Positions 54,728-63,867 of a DNA stretch of 64,000 nucleotides are shown one piece after another. Numbering within the stretch: the stretch's first letter is position 1; each line of letters opens with the position of its first letter. A program made the translations under genes and the position numbers. Source of the DNA: a virus (Duplodnaviria > Caudoviricetes); the IMG/VR virus record IMGVR_UViG_3300023435_000009. The stretch is one strand, 5' to 3'. The notes beneath the pieces were generated by a model that did no database searches, had not been told where the DNA came from, and worked only from the letters and a program-made list of their open reading frames with translations.

Positions 54728-57700
54728 ATGGATAAAGACAACGACGGTCTGGTAATGCTCATTCCCGGAGAGGAATCCCCCAAGGTCACCCCAAAGACCG
54801 AAGAACCCGTGACGGAGGACCCGGAGGCCATTGACGTCTTCAACTTTTTTGCGGACAACGACGAGTTGAACCCGCAGCGGCTCTGGAAACCCTGGATGGA
54901 CGAAAAGAAGTTCGTCCTCGGGACCGTGGACAACATCACTCAGATCATGGACGAGTGCATCGAATCAGGGCGGTATGCCCTTGATCTTGAGACCACGGGT
55001 TTGGACAATCGGCTCAAGAAGACGGCCAGCGGGCACTACTGCACCGTTGACCACATTGCTGGCGTTTGTCTGAGCGCCGATGGTGTCACAGGGTATTACA
55101 TTCCGATTCATCATGTGAAGGTGGGGGAGGACGGACTCAGGGAAGACCGAGCCTGCAACATCCCGATAGGCATCTTCGACCGGGAATTCCGGCGGCTCAT
55201 CAAAGCGACCGAGGATGGTCTCACCGTCGCAGACTTCCACAACGGTAAATTTGACCAGGAGTTCCTCCAGTTCAATGAGACAGGAATCCCCTGGGGTGAA
55301 TGGGACCGCCCCGCAATGTGGGACGACACCCTCATCGCCGCCTACATGCGGAACACCCGAGCCAGACGCCGGGGTCTTAAGGCATTGTCCGAAGCTCCCG
55401 TGGATTCTCCCCCGGAGAACACCGTGGGTGGTCCGGGTCTGGGCATGGAGATGATCGACCTCTACGAGTTGTGGGGGCACAAGAAGGAGCAGCGAGGTTT
55501 CAACTATGACTTCTCGGTCCTTGACCCGACCGAGGGGCCTGCCCTGTGGTACGGATGCAGCGACGCCATCTGCACCTGGCTGCTCGACCCGGTCCTGATG
55601 CCCTCTGCCAAGGAAAAGGACACGGATGGGATCAGCCAGGCGGCGATCTACAAGATCGAGAAGGTCTGCGTAGCAGCCACTCGTTGGATGGAGCGCAATC
55701 TCATCCACATCAACCGAGACAAGGTCCAAGAGTTGGTTTCGTTGGGCCAGCAGGAATGGTTCGACTCCATCGTAGAGGTCTACACGGAGGCGTCCAAGAT
55801 CTTGGGCCGGGACGTGATGCCTGATCTCTACAAGGAGGTCCAGCGGAACTTTGTGGCCAATGACCCTGACAACCTCCTGCGAACGCAGCTTGAGAAGGCG
55901 GACAGCCTCACGAAGCGCAATCCTGGCATGCCCCCCGTGTTGAAGGGGGAGGAGTCCTGGCCTGCAGTCTACGACGTGAACTCCCAGAAGCAGCTTGGGA
56001 CGATGTTCAATGAGATGGAGGTGCCGGGCCTCAAGTTCACGGAGAAGTCCGGTCAGGTCAAAACGTCCAAGGACGAGTTGAACAGGATCATTGAGGAAGC
56101 GGGCCAGAAGTTCCCGTTCATGGCGAAGATCAAACGCTTCCGGGAGGTGGCCAAGGCGCTGTCTACCTACCTGGAGTCGATGTTGCTGGCGAGTGACCCT
56201 GAAGATGACTCCATGCGGATCAACTTCAACGGGCACAAAGTGGATACGGGCCGCTTCAGCACCCCTGCGAAGGAGTCCGCAGGCGACAGGCGCAAAGGTC
56301 GGATGATCGGTTGGCCAGAGTTGAACGTCCAGTCAATGCCGAACCGTTACGATCCTGACCGCCCGGAGTGCATGAACAGATTGCGGGAATGTTTCGGTGT
56401 CAGGACTGTGCCCAAGGATGCACCACCCCGTTTCCTAGTGGCAATAGATTATGCTGGCGTGGAATTACGGTTGGCTACCAATATTTCGGGTGAGCCTAAA
56501 TGGTTGGCTGAGTTTTTCCATTGTTCTTCCTGTGACCGAACCTTCGAACGAACACCTCGCACAGGTGCTGACATAATAGCCACTATAACCCCCGTACCTC
56601 CTCCTGCACGGTGCCCGAACTGTGGTAGTGACAAGATAGGGGACTTGCACACCCTGACAGGACTCTCCATTTATGGGGCTGACGCTACGAGCAGGCCCGA
56701 TTGGAAGAACCTTCGTGGTCATTCGAAAGCAACCAACTTTGCATTGTCCTACGGTGGCGGAGGGAGCGCTGTGTGTCGGGCTACGGGAGTGGATCGGAAC
56801 GAGGGTCAGCGGATTAAGAACCAGTTCGACAACACCTACTACGGCCTGAAGCGGTGGTGGAACAGTCAGCATAAATACGCCAAAACATACGGTTACGTGC
56901 GGACAGCCTTCGGTCGGAAGTATCCTGTACCGGACATCTACAACGAAGACGGGGGTTTCCGGTCCAAGGCAGAGAGGAATAGTGTGAACGGACCCATTCA
57001 AGGTTGTATTCGATTTGATGAAAGGGTAGCTAGTAGTATAGGGTTGCTAGACATCCAGACGTTGTTCCAGAGGCAATTTCCAGGTCTTCTGTTTTGGACT
57101 GGTGTAAAATGGGTGGCTGGGCGTGTGCTGGCTTCAGGGGAAAAGCTCGATTGTTGTACGGAACTAAGCAATGGCAATACGTTACACACTAGTCCAGATC
57201 ATCAGTTTCGAGTACTGACGGAACAGGGGCTGGGGTGGGTGGCACAGAAAGAACTGTGTTCCGAAACTTGGGTAGTTACCAATGCAACATCTGTAACAAC
57301 GACGGATGTTCCCCATTACCAATGGGATAGAGCAAGAGATCCTCAACGAGGACACCTGTTTTCGAAAGGAATGACGTCGCACAATGCCAAACGTTTTCTG
57401 TTTGCTGGTAATTCCGCCGTACTATGGGAGTTTTTGGGTGCTATCTACGGGGACGGTTCAATCCAACAGAACGCCTTCATCTTGCACATTGGTGAGTCCA
57501 ACCTTTCAAAAATCCCAGCGGGGCAGCGGTCTTCAGAATGGATGCTGAAACTCAACACCCATTTGCAGGTGGAAGCAATAACAAGGAAGCAACGACGACG
57601 AGAAGACGACAACAGACAGGACATGTGGCAGGTTAAAGTACTGAACAAAGATTTCAGGACGTTTTGTCGTGACGTGCTCGGTGTGTTAGATCAAACAACA

Positions 57701-59083
57701 CACACAAAAAGATTTCCTGTTGCTTTGTGGAGCGAAACATCTGAAAACAGGGCGGCTTTTTTGCGAGGTTATTTTGATACTGACGGCACAGTGTCACCTC
57801 GAACCCCCAAAAAAGCGGATGCAGCGCCTGCTTTTCGTAGTGCCAATTTTGAACTTCTTTCAGACACCCAAAAATTACTCCATTCGTTAGGTATCCGGGC
57901 GTCCCTGCGACGACGGGGAATGTGGGTACGTGTGCTTGACAGAACACGTTTTCGGGATTTGGTCGGATCGTCTTTAGACTACAAACGGAAAAGGCTCGAC
58001 GATATGCGTGTGGGTTACTACCATAACCAGCGACATTGTCTTCCGCCTTTCCTGGTGAAAAAGATCGGGAGACTAGTCAAAACCTCTAGTGTTTACGCTC
58101 CTTTGCCTAGAGCTAAAAAGTCTGCGGTGCTAAGAATGGTCGCAGGAGCAGCAAGTAAAGAACAGTGTCTTGTTTATTTCAATCAACTTCCGATAGAGGA
58201 ACAACCGGAGGAGTTGCGGCGGTTGTTGCAGTATGACTATGAAAAAGCAGTTCTTACGGAACAGTCGGAACGAACCGTCCCAATGTACGATGTTGAGATC
58301 TTTGATGAAGACCATGCCTTCGTTTGCAACAATATCATCGTTCACAACAGTTCCGCTGACGTCACCAAAACTGCGATGGCTCTGATTTACAAGGAATGTA
58401 AGCGTCGGGGTTGGTTGGACAAGGTGGCCATGAACATCACTATGCATGATGAGCTTGTCTTTGAGGTAGATGCTGACGTGCTGGAAGAGGCTGTTCCTGT
58501 CCTGGTCGATTTAATGGTGGCCAACGATTACATTTTGGTCAAGAACTGGCCTGTACCGTTCACCACCGATGTCGAGATCGGTACTGACTGGACAGTTCCC
58601 TGGGACCTCAATGCGATGAGGTATGGGGAGGTGCGGTTCCACGAAGGCAAAAAGTATGGCAAAAAGAAGGATCTCCCGGAAGGTGTTGTTTGGGATGATC
58701 TCCCGTCTTGGCCTGAGGAGTTGGCCCCCTGGTTCAAGGAGGCCCAGGGCGCACCAGCCGCTGGGGTGTCTACGTCGCTTTCTGTGGCGTTCCCGAAGGG
58801 AGAGGCCCCCGAGGTGCCCAGTGTCGTCCCAGTGACGTCTCTCGCCCCCACAGCGGTTCCTGGGGAGGACTACTTCTTTCAGCTTCCTGGTCCGATGACG
58901 TACAAACTGGCGGGTCAGCTTGCAGAGATCATTGCCGAGTGTCACGGAAAAGGATCAAGTCCATTGCGCCTCAGGACAGTTGAGGGTATAGAGGTAGAAG
59001 GTTGGTTGGAGGGATTGAACCTCACGACGATCCGGGTGAGCCCTGTACAATTAGAAACCCTGATCCAGTACGTTTTCCGGTAG
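54728..59083 (+). CDS. polA: Family A DNA polymerase with 3'-5' exonuclease and one intein
   Basis: ExoI ALDLETTGLD, ExoII FHNGKFD, ExoIII YGCSDA, TGRFS, motif A AIDYAGVELR, motif B SKATNFALSYGG, NGPIQG|SSADVTK, motif C MHDELVFEV. Confidence 0.92.
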   Translation: MDKDNDGLVMLIPGEESPKVTPKTEEPVTEDPEAIDVFNFFADNDELNPQRLWKPWMDEKKFVLGTVDNITQIMDECIESGRYALDLETTGLDNRLKKTASGHYCTVDHIAGVCLSADGVTGYYIPIHHVKVGEDGLREDRACNIPIGIFDREFRRLIKATEDGLTVADFHNGKFDQEFLQFNETGIPWGEWDRPAMWDDTLIAAYMRNTRARRRGLKALSEAPVDSPPENTVGGPGLGMEMIDLYELWGHKKEQRGFNYDFSVLDPTEGPALWYGCSDAICTWLLDPVLMPSAKEKDTDGISQAAIYKIEKVCVAATRWMERNLIHINRDKVQELVSLGQQEWFDSIVEVYTEASKILGRDVMPDLYKEVQRNFVANDPDNLLRTQLEKADSLTKRNPGMPPVLKGEESWPAVYDVNSQKQLGTMFNEMEVPGLKFTEKSGQVKTSKDELNRIIEEAGQKFPFMAKIKRFREVAKALSTYLESMLLASDPEDDSMRINFNGHKVDTGRFSTPAKESAGDRRKGRMIGWPELNVQSMPNRYDPDRPECMNRLRECFGVRTVPKDAPPRFLVAIDYAGVELRLATNISGEPKWLAEFFHCSSCDRTFERTPRTGADIIATITPVPPPARCPNCGSDKIGDLHTLTGLSIYGADATSRPDWKNLRGHSKATNFALSYGGGGSAVCRATGVDRNEGQRIKNQFDNTYYGLKRWWNSQHKYAKTYGYVRTAFGRKYPVPDIYNEDGGFRSKAERNSVNGPIQGCIRFDERVASSIGLLDIQTLFQRQFPGLLFWTGVKWVAGRVLASGEKLDCCTELSNGNTLHTSPDHQFRVLTEQGLGWVAQKELCSETWVVTNATSVTTTDVPHYQWDRARDPQRGHLFSKGMTSHNAKRFLFAGNSAVLWEFLGAIYGDGSIQQNAFILHIGESNLSKIPAGQRSSEWMLKLNTHLQVEAITRKQRRREDDNRQDMWQVKVLNKDFRTFCRDVLGVLDQTTHTKRFPVALWSETSENRAAFLRGYFDTDGTVSPRTPKKADAAPAFRSANFELLSDTQKLLHSLGIRASLRRRGMWVRVLDRTRFRDLVGSSLDYKRKRLDDMRVGYYHNQRHCLPPFLVKKIGRLVKTSSVYAPLPRAKKSAVLRMVAGAASKEQCLVYFNQLPIEEQPEELRRLLQYDYEKAVLTEQSERTVPMYDVEIFDEDHAFVCNNIIVHNSSADVTKTAMALIYKECKRRGWLDKVAMNITMHDELVFEVDADVLEEAVPVLVDLMVANDYILVKNWPVPFTTDVEIGTDWTVPWDLNAMRYGEVRFHEGKKYGKKKDLPEGVVWDDLPSWPEELAPWFKEAQGAPAAGVSTSLSVAFPKGEAPEVPSVVPVTSLAPTAVPGEDYFFQLPGPMTYKLAGQLAEIIAECHGKGSSPLRLRTVEGIEVEGWLEGLNLTTIRVSPVQLETLIQYVFR
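57005..58348 (+). mobile_element. Intein 5 (LAGLIDADG), 448 aa, in PolA
   Basis: CIRFDERV...FVCNNIIVHN followed by Ser. Contains FLGAIYGDG and FLRGYFDTDG. Confidence 0.9.
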
Positions 59084-59115
59084 ATGGTGGGTAGGGTGTT
59101 CTCGGGGGTGTGCCG

Positions 59116-59487
59116 ATGAGAATATTACGTGCCGAGTTGGATGGGAAAAAGGTACAATTAGCCTGTGCTCATTGGCGGAGTTTTCCGCCTTTGGCAGCGG
59201 GCCGAAAGAAGTCCTCCGACGAGCTACGTTCCGAAGGCATCATCGATGACGCCGAGTATCAACGTTTCCAGATCTGGGAGAAGATTTGTGGCCTCATCAC
59301 AATGGACCCAGACAAGTGTCTCAAATGCCCCCATGTCCGTAAAGCCATGTTCCATAAACAACTTCCTTCGCTTGTTAGCCTAGACGGAAAAATCGTCACC
59401 CCCACTTTGGATCTGCCTTCTTTGGAAAGTTCCGCCCGGCATCGTAAATTCCTGGAGATGATTACCCCTCCAGGCGGAGGGAGATGA
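59116..59487 (+). CDS. Hypothetical protein
   Basis: Downstream of the polymerase and coupled to the next gene. CAHW...CG...CLKCPH. Confidence 0.5.
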   Translation: MRILRAELDGKKVQLACAHWRSFPPLAAGRKKSSDELRSEGIIDDAEYQRFQIWEKICGLITMDPDKCLKCPHVRKAMFHKQLPSLVSLDGKIVTPTLDLPSLESSARHRKFLEMITPPGGGR

Positions 59488-60179
59488 TGCAGGACTTGTT
59501 ACAGGGGTGCATGGCAGAGGATCGGGGCCTTGACGCTAAGAGTTTTCAGGAGATATTCTGTGCTCATTGCCGAAACCCAGGGTGCCGATTGGCAAAGTGG
59601 GGGGTGGACAGGTTCGGGGCCAGGGTTGCAGTCCAGGTGGACCGGATGCTCAACCCCCTCAGGGTTGATGCTCGGGACTATGCTGCACTGGCAGACTTTC
59701 CTGATATGTCCGAGTACGCCGAAGCAATTGCAGCGGCGGAACAGAAGGGGGATTGGTCTGTACCGGAAATCCCAATCAGGGATGGAAACACCGAGACCGC
59801 CACTCTGACTACCACCTCAGCGGTAGATGCCGCTGCCCAGGTGCTGGCCCGGAGTCGGGGTCAGGAGATGAACCTGGACCCGCCTGAACAGACTCCCGTC
59901 CCCACCGAATTCCCTGAGGACACTGAAGCGTTGATGGGGGGCACGCCTGTCCCGGAACCAGTCCCCGAGCCGGAACCCCCGGCACCGTCAAAGAAGGAAG
60001 CTCCGTCGCCTCATCCCCCAACGGGGAACACTGAGGCCCCCTCCGGTGGGTTGATGATAGATGAGGGACCTCCCCCAGCGTCGCCGCACATCCCGCAGGG
60101 GGATCCCTGGACAGCGAGTCCCGTGGTAGACAACTTGGTCAAGCCAGGGGCACGCATCCAGTTAGGGGGGAAGAAATGA
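59484..60179 (+). CDS. Hypothetical protein with N-terminal Cys motif and Pro-rich linker
   Basis: GGAGGG RBS, FCAHCRNPGC. Coupled to both neighbours. Confidence 0.55.
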   Translation: MMQDLLQGCMAEDRGLDAKSFQEIFCAHCRNPGCRLAKWGVDRFGARVAVQVDRMLNPLRVDARDYAALADFPDMSEYAEAIAAAEQKGDWSVPEIPIRDGNTETATLTTTSAVDAAAQVLARSRGQEMNLDPPEQTPVPTEFPEDTEALMGGTPVPEPVPEPEPPAPSKKEAPSPHPPTGNTEAPSGGLMIDEGPPPASPHIPQGDPWTASPVVDNLVKPGARIQLGGKK

Positions 60180-61207
60180 CCGAAGATCCAAGGACCCTTC
60201 TGGACGCCCTGGCCTCTCTGGAGAAGGAAGTCACGGAGGAGTCCCCTGCGTTGGGGCAGATCCTGGCTGACGCTCGTGACAAAAAGATTGAGGTAACGGA
60301 AGCCGTTCGTTGGATCATGCAGATCAGCGAGGAGGATCCGAAGGCCCGAGAGGCACTGGAGAAGGCCGCTGAGAAGCTGCCTGAACCTCAGCTTGAGACA
60401 CATAACCCGACCAACAAGCTCCCTCGGATCAATCCTCTGGTAGAAGCCGGACTGATTGAGCGTGCCCAGTTGGATGGTGACATGCCTGAGTTACGGTCAG
60501 GACCGATCCTCAAGGGGCAACTCCCTTCTGTCCCTGTGGACACCACTGCTAGGAACTCTGTGATGGTAGGTCGGATGCTTGCCGCTGCCGCATTGGAAAC
60601 CCAGACACAGTTGGACACCCACGAGAAGAAACGGCTTCAAGGTATTACAGCCGATCCCGCAGTCCTCAAAGTTATAGCCGACCATGGGAGGGCTGTTGTC
60701 AAACCGGACGTAGCCCTAGACATCGCCAAGTTCGGGTCTGCGGGAACGGATCTGTCAGGGTATCGCCGGGGGCAACTCCCGGCCCTGGCAAAAACGGCCA
60801 AACCTACTGGGGCGGAGTTGGCTGTGCTCAAAAAGAAGGAAACCCTGGAGGCCACCTGGGCAGCGGTGGCAACATCCCAGGGGCGGCGTTCTGTGTCGCC
60901 CGTGATCAGGGATGGGATCATCCAGGCTCTGGCCCGGTTGAGGTTCGATGTGACACCCCGAGATCCTGTGGAGGGAAATGAGACCCCCTGCGCCCTTGCA
61001 ACGTGGGCAGTGGACATCTCAGGTCGGGAATCCTTGTCCCCGAACTTTTCTTTTTTTGACATAGCAGCGATGGCCTTGGCCTCTGACCTTGTGGACAAGC
61101 TCCAGGACAAAACACCTAGACCCCTGATCCTTGAGGTTGCACCGATGCACCAGATCAATGAGAGGACGGTGGGTTGGTGCGGGCGCTTGTACGAGTCCTC
61201 ACCATGA
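60176..61207 (+). CDS. Hypothetical protein (343 aa)
   Basis: ATGA-coupled in the operon. Confidence 0.6.
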   Translation: MTEDPRTLLDALASLEKEVTEESPALGQILADARDKKIEVTEAVRWIMQISEEDPKAREALEKAAEKLPEPQLETHNPTNKLPRINPLVEAGLIERAQLDGDMPELRSGPILKGQLPSVPVDTTARNSVMVGRMLAAAALETQTQLDTHEKKRLQGITADPAVLKVIADHGRAVVKPDVALDIAKFGSAGTDLSGYRRGQLPALAKTAKPTGAELAVLKKKETLEATWAAVATSQGRRSVSPVIRDGIIQALARLRFDVTPRDPVEGNETPCALATWAVDISGRESLSPNFSFFDIAAMALASDLVDKLQDKTPRPLILEVAPMHQINERTVGWCGRLYESSP

Positions 61208-61512
61208 TCGTAGAACTGATCGCAGCCATCCAGAGTCTCCCTGCCAAGCCCGACTGGATCGTTTTTCTGTGCCCCACAGTTGAGTCCGCCCTCCAACATA
61301 GTCGGATGCTAGCGGTACTGTTACCTAAGGATGCAAAGTTCTCAGGGCGGACGGCGGTGTTGAGATCCCACAGGATCTCGGTGGCTGCTGTCTCCGAGGA
61401 GGTCTTTGTTCCCCCAGCGAGCCCCTTCCTTCTGAAGTTGTTCGGTTGGGACCAAACCTCTGCGGAGGAGACAACGGAATGGCAAACGAGATCAGCAGGG
61501 TGGCTCCCCTAA
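61204..61512 (+). CDS. Hypothetical protein
   Basis: ATGA overlap with the upstream stop. Confidence 0.5.
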   Translation: MIVELIAAIQSLPAKPDWIVFLCPTVESALQHSRMLAVLLPKDAKFSGRTAVLRSHRISVAAVSEEVFVPPASPFLLKLFGWDQTSAEETTEWQTRSAGWLP

Positions 61513-61784
61513 GGGTAGAGCCTTCCCGTGTTTGGACGCTGGTGATAACTGGCGGTAACTCCTTCATCATCGAGATGACCATGACACCGACCCTCCATCA
61601 TGACGGGGGGCGTACTGTGTGGAAGATGCACGGAACGGAGGAGGCTGTGATGGCCGTGGAGGAGTTGATCAAGGAACGGGCGGGCGTCCGAGTGGAAAGG
61701 CTCACCGAGATCCAGTCGGCATCTCAGAAGCGTGAGCGCATGGGGTTGCTGGGCCTGAACGAGGACACCGTTCTCCTAAACTGA
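61479..61784 (+). CDS. Hypothetical protein
   Basis: GGAGGAG RBS upstream of ATG 61479. Confidence 0.5.
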   Translation: MANEISRVAPLRVEPSRVWTLVITGGNSFIIEMTMTPTLHHDGGRTVWKMHGTEEAVMAVEELIKERAGVRVERLTEIQSASQKRERMGLLGLNEDTVLLN

Positions 61785-62134
61785 CCCAATCAAGGACACA
61801 CCCGATTGGTGTTAGGTTCCTGCTTCACAGAAGACAGTTTCACTTGATCTAGGACCAAGCCAGCGCTCCCCTCTCCACAGGCTGTCACCGTCGAACTGAC
61901 GGTCAAAAAACAATCGCAAAAGACATTAAGTCTCTCAACGATTTGGATTTTACGGTGAGATCTTTTCTCACCAACCACCGAATCCAAAATTCCAAAGAAC
62001 ACTTTGAAGAGCTTGGCTATCGCCCTTACGCCAATCACGATAAGAAGAAAGAGAAAAGAAGTCAAGGATTCTTGACCTCGCAAGGACTAATGTCCTATTA
62101 AAGGCTGTTTTAACCCACTGTTAGCAACCCCCTC

Positions 62135-62701
62135 TTAGCCCTTCCGGTTCCTCCAGCGCCACCACAGCCGTTTCCACCATCCAGCCCGGCACAGTGCGTT
62201 GTAGACTCGTAAAGCCCTGATAGCGCCGTTCTCGGCCCTGTGTGTAGCCTGCTCAGGTTCGATGCCCAGGAAAACGCAGACGTTGTGAAGGGAGGCACTC
62301 TCTAACCCGCAGAGGGGCAGGTGCTCCATGGCCAGCACTGAGGTGTCGATGTGTCGGTGGTCGATCCAGGCATCGATCTCTTCCCGTTTCAGGAGGGCCT
62401 TGATGAAGCCGATGTCGAAGCCGACGTTGTGTCCCACCAGGATGCAGTTGTCCAGCAACTTGCCGATCCTCTCAGCAGCATCCAGAGGGGCTAAAGCGTC
62501 TTTCCAGTCCTCCGGTTTGTAGCCGTTGACTTCCAGAGCCTTGGGACTGGCCGTCTCTATGTGCTGTGGTTTGATCCTGAACCCTTGGCCAACGGTCCCA
62601 TCCTGAAACACTGCTGCAAACTCGATCATCTCGTGAACAAAAGGATCGAGCCCAGTTGTTTCCGTGTCGATAAAGCAAAGTCTGCGATCTTTCAGTTTCA
62701 T
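62135..62701 (-). CDS. DEDDh (DnaQ-like) 3'-5' exonuclease
   Basis: FIDTETTGLD, LVGHNVGFD, IDT, HRAENG. GGAGG RBS. Confidence 0.8.
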   Translation of the reverse strand: MKLKDRRLCFIDTETTGLDPFVHEMIEFAAVFQDGTVGQGFRIKPQHIETASPKALEVNGYKPEDWKDALAPLDAAERIGKLLDNCILVGHNVGFDIGFIKALLKREEIDAWIDHRHIDTSVLAMEHLPLCGLESASLHNVCVFLGIEPEQATHRAENGAIRALRVYNALCRAGWWKRLWWRWRNRKG

Positions 62702-62817
62702 TGGTACCTCCGTCCTCTGACTCTACCCCAAATCCCTTGAAACTTTCTGAAAGGAAGGGAAACTAATGCCCTTTCCCCGCCCTGATGAGTAGATGAAGGT
62801 AAGGTACCGGAAAGGAG

Positions 62818-63411
62818 ATGCAGATGGATCGAAAAACATACAGGGAATCCCTGGACGGTCGTTGGGCGGAAGCACTACTGGCTGCTACAACGGAAGGGTC
62901 GGACGGTCCTTTGTATCAGCGTTTGTTGGCTGCTCGTGAACATCTTGAAACAGTTGTGGACGAGGCCAATGAAGCTCTGGCAGCCAACCCCCTGACTGAA
63001 ACGGTGGCGAAAGCAGCAGCCCAGAAGTCCAACAGGAAAGGCGTCTGTACCATCAAGGTTGACGCCCTCGGGATCGTTCAGTTGGAGGTTGCGGCGAACA
63101 CGGATGGGGACAAGAACTGGACGAGCACCCTCCCGTCGTTGGATGCTCTTCGGAAAGCTGCGAAGGAAGCTGGGATCGATCCTGAACCCTTTGGTAGAGG
63201 CAAACGTGCCCTGATGGAGGCGATTCAGGAGGCGACTGCGAAGCCCACCCCGAAACGTCGGATGGTTAAAACGGCCCCAGCACTTGGTCAGGCTATCATC
63301 GTCACTCTCCCCGAGTCCAACACCTCCGACATCGTGGGAAGACTTGAGGCCGATCCTACTGCAGATGGTCGGAACGACATCCTTCGTGATCCTCACGGGA
63401 ACAACTCCTAA
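62818..63411 (+). CDS. Hypothetical protein (197 aa)
   Basis: AAAGGAG RBS. Confidence 0.55.
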   Translation: MQMDRKTYRESLDGRWAEALLAATTEGSDGPLYQRLLAAREHLETVVDEANEALAANPLTETVAKAAAQKSNRKGVCTIKVDALGIVQLEVAANTDGDKNWTSTLPSLDALRKAAKEAGIDPEPFGRGKRALMEAIQEATAKPTPKRRMVKTAPALGQAIIVTLPESNTSDIVGRLEADPTADGRNDILRDPHGNNS

Positions 63412-63460
63412 TCTCGTTGATCTGCCTTTATAGATCCTGTCAGCAGGATGGGGGACTAGA

Positions 63461-63784
63461 ATGGCAGAGGACTTCTGGATAGACAATGTAGGGCAGAACA
63501 TGCTTAAAGGGGTTGATGGCGACGTCACCAACCCGTTGAGACTGAGCGACCACTACATCAATCAGTTTCTATTGCACATCCCCAGTGCCCGAGCCTCCTA
63601 CAATCGTCTTTACCCCAGTTTGTTACCGGAAGAGCAGGCCCGATTAGACAGGCTCACAGAGACTGCGGCTTCGGAAATGATCCTGGATGACGTGGTCGCA
63701 GCCGACCGTCTACAAAACGTAATGAATACGGCTGGTGTTCAACGTGGGGGCCGGTGGAAACCACCCCCCTACAAGGCACCTTGA
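63461..63784 (+). CDS. Hypothetical protein (107 aa)
   Basis: GGGGG(A) RBS before ATG. Confidence 0.55.
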   Translation: MAEDFWIDNVGQNMLKGVDGDVTNPLRLSDHYINQFLLHIPSARASYNRLYPSLLPEEQARLDRLTETAASEMILDDVVAADRLQNVMNTAGVQRGGRWKPPPYKAP

Positions 63785-63867
63785 TGGGTATGGTACAACG
63801 GACAGGAGCTTCGTGAAAGGTAGACAAAACTGGACATGCGGCTTTGAGGCTAAGGAGGAGTGTTAAG

